IMG/VR virus record: IMGVR_UViG_3300025600_000035
Span: 1-39,122 of that record
Strand: one strand, 5' to 3'
Source of the DNA: a virus
Lineage: Duplodnaviria > Caudoviricetes
DNA: 39,122 bases
The first letter of the stretch is position 1. The number at the start of each line of letters is the position of its first letter. A program made the translations under genes and the position numbers. This document shows positions 34,727 through 39,122 of the stretch, in pieces. The notes under the pieces were generated by a model. It saw only the letters and a program-made list of their open reading frames with translations, was not told where the DNA came from and did no database searches.

Positions 34727-34947
34727 TGGCTTACTTAACGCATGAAGAAAATGAAAGGCGTTTTAGGTATCACAGAGAAGGAAGAATAGACGTTGAAATT
34801 GCTAGTTTGTGCGGTGTTACAACATCCGCGATACAAGAGTGGAGAATAAATAGAAGTTTGAAAGCTAATAAGAAGAAGTCACATTCCAAAAGAATTTATG
34901 CAAATGATTTTAACCGAGAGATTGTAGATAGATTTTATGAAACATAA
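34726..34947 (+). CDS. Small HTH protein
   Basis: DVEIASLCGVTTSAIQEWRINRSLKAN. Confidence 0.65.
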   Translation: MAYLTHEENERRFRYHREGRIDVEIASLCGVTTSAIQEWRINRSLKANKKKSHSKRIYANDFNREIVDRFYET

Positions 34948-35181
34948 AGAGGTGAGCAAATGAACGACTTATCACCAGCAAAAGGGCTAGTCAACGGCCT
35001 AGCCCTAGCGACGGGCTGATAGCGTACGCAATATACCGGGGAATGTGAGGGGGTGACGTAATGAAGCTACACCGTAAACCGCCGCAAACTACAGCAGACT
35101 ATCTGCAAAGCCTGGCCGCCGGAATGGCTTTTATATTCCTGCTAATATGTTTCGCGTAAATAAAAATAGGAGTTGTAAAAA

Positions 35182-35562
35182 ATGGAGTTGTTTAGATTTA
35201 GATTTAACATTGGTGATGTAGTTTATTACGTTTTTAATGAACTTCACTCAACATATAAGCCGTGTGAAACTTGTAGCGGTAAAAGAAAAATAACTATAAA
35301 TAACGAGGAATTTAATTGCCCGAAATGTAGAGGCGAAGGAAGAGTTTACGACACGCATAAAAGATTTTATTTTATTAAAAAACTAACTATTGGTAACCAA
35401 CGAGTAAGCATAACAAAAAGAAAAATTGATGAAGAATATATGTGTTGTGAGAGTGGAGTGGGTACTGGAACAATATATTCCGTTGACAACTTATTTAATA
35501 GTGATGATGAAGCTAAAACTTATAAAAAACAACAAGAAGATATTAACGAGGACATAAAATAA
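35182..35562 (+). CDS. DnaJ-type zinc-finger protein
   Basis: CETCSGK...CPKCRGEG; KFNIGD-like N-terminus. Confidence 0.65.
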   Translation: MELFRFRFNIGDVVYYVFNELHSTYKPCETCSGKRKITINNEEFNCPKCRGEGRVYDTHKRFYFIKKLTIGNQRVSITKRKIDEEYMCCESGVGTGTIYSVDNLFNSDDEAKTYKKQQEDINEDIK

Positions 35563-35606
35563 AAAGCCCCGACATCGTAAGTGCCGGAGCCGAAAGGAAA
35601 ATAGTA

Positions 35607-35825
35607 ATGACTAACTATAACATTGATTTCGACGAATTTCAAGCCCGTCATAACGAGAATTTCCAACCACGACGGAGATCAAGCGTAACGGCGATACAAA
35701 CTTTAACCTTTTGCCCCGAATGTAATAAGCGGATCACTACTGGCGACGAACTGTATATCTGCGAGTTAGAAGTTTTTTGTTCGGAAGAATGCGGAATAAA
35801 ATTTGAGACGGAGAGTGAAGCGTAA
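35607..35825 (+). CDS. Small zinc-finger protein
   Basis: CPEC...FCSEEC. Confidence 0.6.
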   Translation: MTNYNIDFDEFQARHNENFQPRRRSSVTAIQTLTFCPECNKRITTGDELYICELEVFCSEECGIKFETESEA

Positions 35826-36004
35826 TGGCAAATCTTAATAAAATTTCAACTTTGGATTTAATCGACGAGTTAATAGGTCGGAACAACGTGGAGTATGTCG
35901 TGAATGAGAGCAGCTGCCGGGATTGGAATATTATGGTGGAGAACGGCAAATGGACTAAGGGAACGGGACAAGTAACGATCCTCGCAATTCGGGAAGTGTG
36001 TTGA
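35825..36004 (+). CDS. Small hypothetical protein (not in track)
   Basis: GGAG RBS, TAATG coupling; MANLNKISTLDLIDELIGR... Confidence 0.5.
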   Translation: MANLNKISTLDLIDELIGRNNVEYVVNESSCRDWNIMVENGKWTKGTGQVTILAIREVC

Positions 36005-36005
36005 T

Positions 36006-36503
36006 ATGGCTAAATTATACGAACTTGCCGACGAATACCGCTTATTATCTGAACAACTAGAAGGGATGGAACCACAGACAATTCTTGACACACTAGAAGG
36101 TAGCGCAGAGCTAATTAGCATTGAAACAAAAACTACAGGGATTATCCAGATGGTGAAAAATTGGCAAGCGGAAATTCCAGGATATGAAGCGGAGATTAAA
36201 AGACTTACGGAACACAAAAAAGCCATTGAGAACCGTGTCGATTCTCTTAAAACGTACTTGAAACAGTGTCTGGAGCTTGCAGGGCTAGAAAAAATCAAGG
36301 TTGGGGTGCATTCTGCAAGAATACAAAATAATAGCCGTGGTGCTGTCATTGTGGACGATGCAAAGGCAGTGGCAGCAAAATATATGGATATAATTCCCGA
36401 GCATACGGAAGTAAATACAGAGCGACTACTAATAGACTTAAAAGCTAAAATTGCAGTAACAGGAGCCAGGTATCAAGTCGGAACTCATGTGAGGATAAGC
36501 TAA
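36006..36503 (+). CDS. Siphovirus Gp157-family protein
   Basis: MAKLYEL..EY, DTLE, EIKRL..KK..EN....LK.YL; upstream of the recombinase. Confidence 0.85.
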   Translation: MAKLYELADEYRLLSEQLEGMEPQTILDTLEGSAELISIETKTTGIIQMVKNWQAEIPGYEAEIKRLTEHKKAIENRVDSLKTYLKQCLELAGLEKIKVGVHSARIQNNSRGAVIVDDAKAVAAKYMDIIPEHTEVNTERLLIDLKAKIAVTGARYQVGTHVRIS

Positions 36504-36657
36504 TGAAATTAGATAAATTCATTACGAAGGTACACGCAAGAATGAGATACAGAATGTGGAGTAACGGAAATTATACCACTCCAAGGCAACACAACAGCAG
36601 AAATATTCAAATAGCTAATGCATTAGCACAATTATTATGTGGAAGGAGAAATTCTTA

Positions 36658-37389
36658 ATGAAAAACATTGCATTAAAAATGGTAAAGGTAATGCAAAAAT
36701 GCGCTTACGTTCAGAAAAAAGGCGAAAACAACTTTCAACATTATAAATATGCTTCAGCAGCCAACGTGTTAGAAAAGGTCAATGACTCCCTGGCCGAAAA
36801 CAACATAGCAAGTTTCGTAACGTCTAAGCTAGTGGAGTTTAAAGACGTAGTGACGAACGCAGGGAAAACCGAGCATTTAGCAACAGTCGAAGTAACAATA
36901 TTGCTTGTTGATGCCGACAGCGGGGAATCAATGGCTATTACTGGTTTGGGTAGTGGCCAAGACAATGGAGATAAGGGCGTGATGAAAGCGCAGACAGCGG
37001 CTATCAAATATGCTTATATGCTTTCTCTAAATATCTCTACGGGCGACGACCCCGAAGCAGACACAGGAGTTGACGAACGAAACAACGATTCTAAACCTGC
37101 AAAAACGCCAATGCATACAAACACACAGCCTACCACAACAAAACCCGTCACAACGCAAGCTACGAAGCCTAGCAGCGCACCTGCTAAAATATCCGACAGC
37201 CAAATAAAATCCCTTAACGCCAAGATTGAAAAAGAGGGACTTACCCCGGACGATGTTAAGGATTTGCTCGAATGGAAATTCGCCGTATTGGATATTAGAG
37301 ATTTGGCGATACCCGAATTTGCCTACTGCATGAACTCTTTACCAAAAGCATGGAGTGACTTCGTAGAAAGTCAAAGTTTACCAGCGTAA
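36658..37389 (+). CDS. erf: ERF-family single-strand annealing protein
   Basis: K.GEN.FQ.YKY, G.G.D.GDK...KAQT.A.KY......I.TGDDPE; AAGGAG RBS before ATG 36658. Confidence 0.85.
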   Translation: MKNIALKMVKVMQKCAYVQKKGENNFQHYKYASAANVLEKVNDSLAENNIASFVTSKLVEFKDVVTNAGKTEHLATVEVTILLVDADSGESMAITGLGSGQDNGDKGVMKAQTAAIKYAYMLSLNISTGDDPEADTGVDERNNDSKPAKTPMHTNTQPTTTKPVTTQATKPSSAPAKISDSQIKSLNAKIEKEGLTPDDVKDLLEWKFAVLDIRDLAIPEFAYCMNSLPKAWSDFVESQSLPA

Positions 37390-37401
37390 AGGAGATAAAC
37401 A

Positions 37402-37584
37402 ATGATACTTTGTAAAAATGAAAAATGTAAAAGTTATAAATATTGTGGATTTGCAGGGTGGCAATGTACACAAGAACACATAGGCATTGACAGTAATGGT
37501 AAATGCTTAACTTATGTAAAAGATACAACGGACAACATCAAACGAGTAAGAGATGGAAAATATAAAAATAAAGAGGTGCGTTAA
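37402..37584 (+). CDS. Small Cys-rich protein
   Basis: C...C....C.....C....I...G.C; AAGGAG RBS. Confidence 0.6.
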   Translation: MILCKNEKCKSYKYCGFAGWQCTQEHIGIDSNGKCLTYVKDTTDNIKRVRDGKYKNKEVR

Positions 37585-37861
37585 TATTAAATGGCAAGTA
37601 AACCAAACAAGCGACGGGTATAACAGGACTGATGCTCCGGCATTAGCGGAGTTTGACGATTACGAAGAAGCAGTGAAGTTTTTGTACACGGGAAACGAAC
37701 ACAACAAAAAGAAACTGGCTATTGACAGCGTAGAGTCGTAACCACACGGGGCAAACAACTTGCCCCTCCTATTTTCACCGTTTTTATTTAAAAAACTACG
37801 TGGATCCCCATTCTAAGTATACCCAATACATAGCGGAATATACCAAAAGGAGAAAATAAAT

Positions 37862-38467
37862 ATGAAAATCTTAGTAGCCTGTGAAGAAAGCGGCACTCTG
37901 ACCGCAGAGTTTATTAAACTTGGTCACGATGCCTGGAGTTGTGACGTTCTACCAACAAGTGGCGAATATCCGAACAGGCATCTACAACAAGACGTAACGG
38001 AGCTATTAAATCAAGATTGGGACATAATTATCGCGTTCCCGCCGTGTACACACTTGGCAGTATCGGGCGCCAAACACTTCGCAAAGAAACGTGCCGACGG
38101 GCGGCAGCAACAGGGTATAGACTTCTTTATGATGTTTGCAAATTGTAAATGTCCGAAGGTGGCCATCGAGAACCCCGTGGGAATTATGAGCAGTGTGTGG
38201 AGAAAGCCGGATCAGATAATTCAACCCTACGAACATGGGGATCCATACACTAAAAAGACGTGCTTGTGGCTAAAGGGGTTGCCGCTACTAGTGCCGACAA
38301 ACATTGTCCGCAAAGGCGAATTTTTAACAACTCCGAGCGGTAAGAAACTTCCAACATGGTATAGCAAATCATCAATAATCGGGCAAGGAAACAGGCAGGT
38401 TATGAGGTCCAAGACGTTCCAGGGAATCGGACAAGCTATGGCAGAACAATTTGGAGGTACAGCATGA
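37862..38467 (+). CDS. DNA cytosine methyltransferase-like protein (short phage type)
   Basis: ILVACEESG SAM-binding-like start, FPPCT catalytic motif, AIENP, K.TCLW. Confidence 0.8.
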   Translation: MKILVACEESGTLTAEFIKLGHDAWSCDVLPTSGEYPNRHLQQDVTELLNQDWDIIIAFPPCTHLAVSGAKHFAKKRADGRQQQGIDFFMMFANCKCPKVAIENPVGIMSSVWRKPDQIIQPYEHGDPYTKKTCLWLKGLPLLVPTNIVRKGEFLTTPSGKKLPTWYSKSSIIGQGNRQVMRSKTFQGIGQAMAEQFGGTA

Positions 38468-38624
38468 ATGAGAAATATAACTACAGAGCAACGCAAAAAC
38501 CTTTACATTATGATTTACGTATACTTGACGAGCAAAAGGAAATAGTTGACCATGAGCAGGTCGTGGAGACGTTTATTCTAGCGGTGATATTCCTGGCGGT
38601 CGTGTGGTTCGTGCCTGGTGAATT

Positions 38625-39104
38625 ATGAGATCACTATGGACGGACGAAGAAAAACAACATCTGCAAACCAACTACGCGACGGTGGATATTGACACGCTAA
38701 TCCAAACTCTAAACAAGTCACGTGGATCAATACTTACGATGGCGAGTAGACAGGGAATTAGACAAAGACCAACCAAAATATATTGGTCAGAATACGAACT
38801 GAAATTTATGGCCGACAATTACCGAAAACTACCAGTTACCGAAATAGCGAAAACTTTAAACCGTTCCGAGAGTGGGATATGGAAGAAATACGAAAAGATG
38901 GGGCTGCGGGTTGTAAATAGAAAAGAGGGCGTATATGCAGTAGGTAAGCCGTACCGAGCCTGCCTAACGCCGGAGCAATCCGATAGGATGGCGGACTTCC
39001 TGCGGATGATGTCAGACTTCAAGCTTACGGCGGATCGCGTGGATAAGCCTGCGAGGATTAACTTGACGGAGCTGAAAACGTGCTTCGGGGGACTCGCGGG
39101 GTAG
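38625..39104 (+). CDS. Tandem HTH/Myb-like repeat DNA-binding protein
   Basis: Two repeats WTDEEK..L..NY...L..LN.S / WSEYE..FM..NY...EIAK.LNRS. Confidence 0.7.
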   Translation: MRSLWTDEEKQHLQTNYATVDIDTLIQTLNKSRGSILTMASRQGIRQRPTKIYWSEYELKFMADNYRKLPVTEIAKTLNRSESGIWKKYEKMGLRVVNRKEGVYAVGKPYRACLTPEQSDRMADFLRMMSDFKLTADRVDKPARINLTELKTCFGGLAG

Positions 39105-39105
39105 G

Positions 39106-39122
39106 ACTAACGACAGCGAACG
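39106..39122. repeat. Terminal direct overlap (copy 2)
   Basis: Identical to 1-17. Confidence 0.9.

Noticed and set aside
34960-35048. Programmed frameshift in small ORF MNDLSPAKGLVNGLALATG
   Set aside because: A hydrophobic continuation exists in another frame but there is no slippery site; more likely a small deletion or a decayed membrane-peptide gene.
39106-39122. Biological direct terminal repeat
   Set aside because: Only 17 bp, located in the early region far from terS, and the terminase looks headful-type; more likely an assembly overlap.
1-39122. Stop-codon reassignment or a diversity-generating retroelement
   Set aside because: Core genes are full length under the standard code and end in TAA, TAG and TGA; no reverse transcriptase or TR/VR pair is seen.

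Overview
The window looks like a complete, circularly assembled ~39.1 kb temperate phage genome: bases 1-17 are repeated at 39106-39122. The host is probably a Bacillota member, judged by sigmaA promoters, GGAGG Shine-Dalgarno sites and a RinA/ArpU-type late activator. The virion module is podovirus/P22-like: terS, terL, large portal, scaffold, capsid, adaptors, nozzle, beta-helix tailspike and three putative ejection proteins, with no tape measure. There is no integrase and no CI-type HTH/peptidase repressor. Instead it has a type Ib ParA/RHH partition cassette and a divergent Mnt/Arc-like ribbon-helix-helix (RHH) switch, so it most likely lysogenises as a plasmid. The most unusual part is the ORF-free island at 26813-28434. 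It holds two promoter-RNA-terminator cassettes, one a tRNA-like shell with a second tRNA-like element nested inside. It also holds a third unit in which a ~110-nt three-hairpin antisense RNA appears to control an attenuator whose read-through product is a ~450-nt folded non-coding RNA, a candidate Rep-protein-independent, RNA-based replicon. Other notable items: a possible beta-barrel-anchored one-component spanin whose 3' end was duplicated by an RHH-HNH cassette, parS-like repeats inside the partition gene, a radical SAM-RHH fusion, and a pseudoknot/terminator RNA ahead of the lysis genes. All family assignments come from motif recognition by eye; no database searches or folding programs were run.
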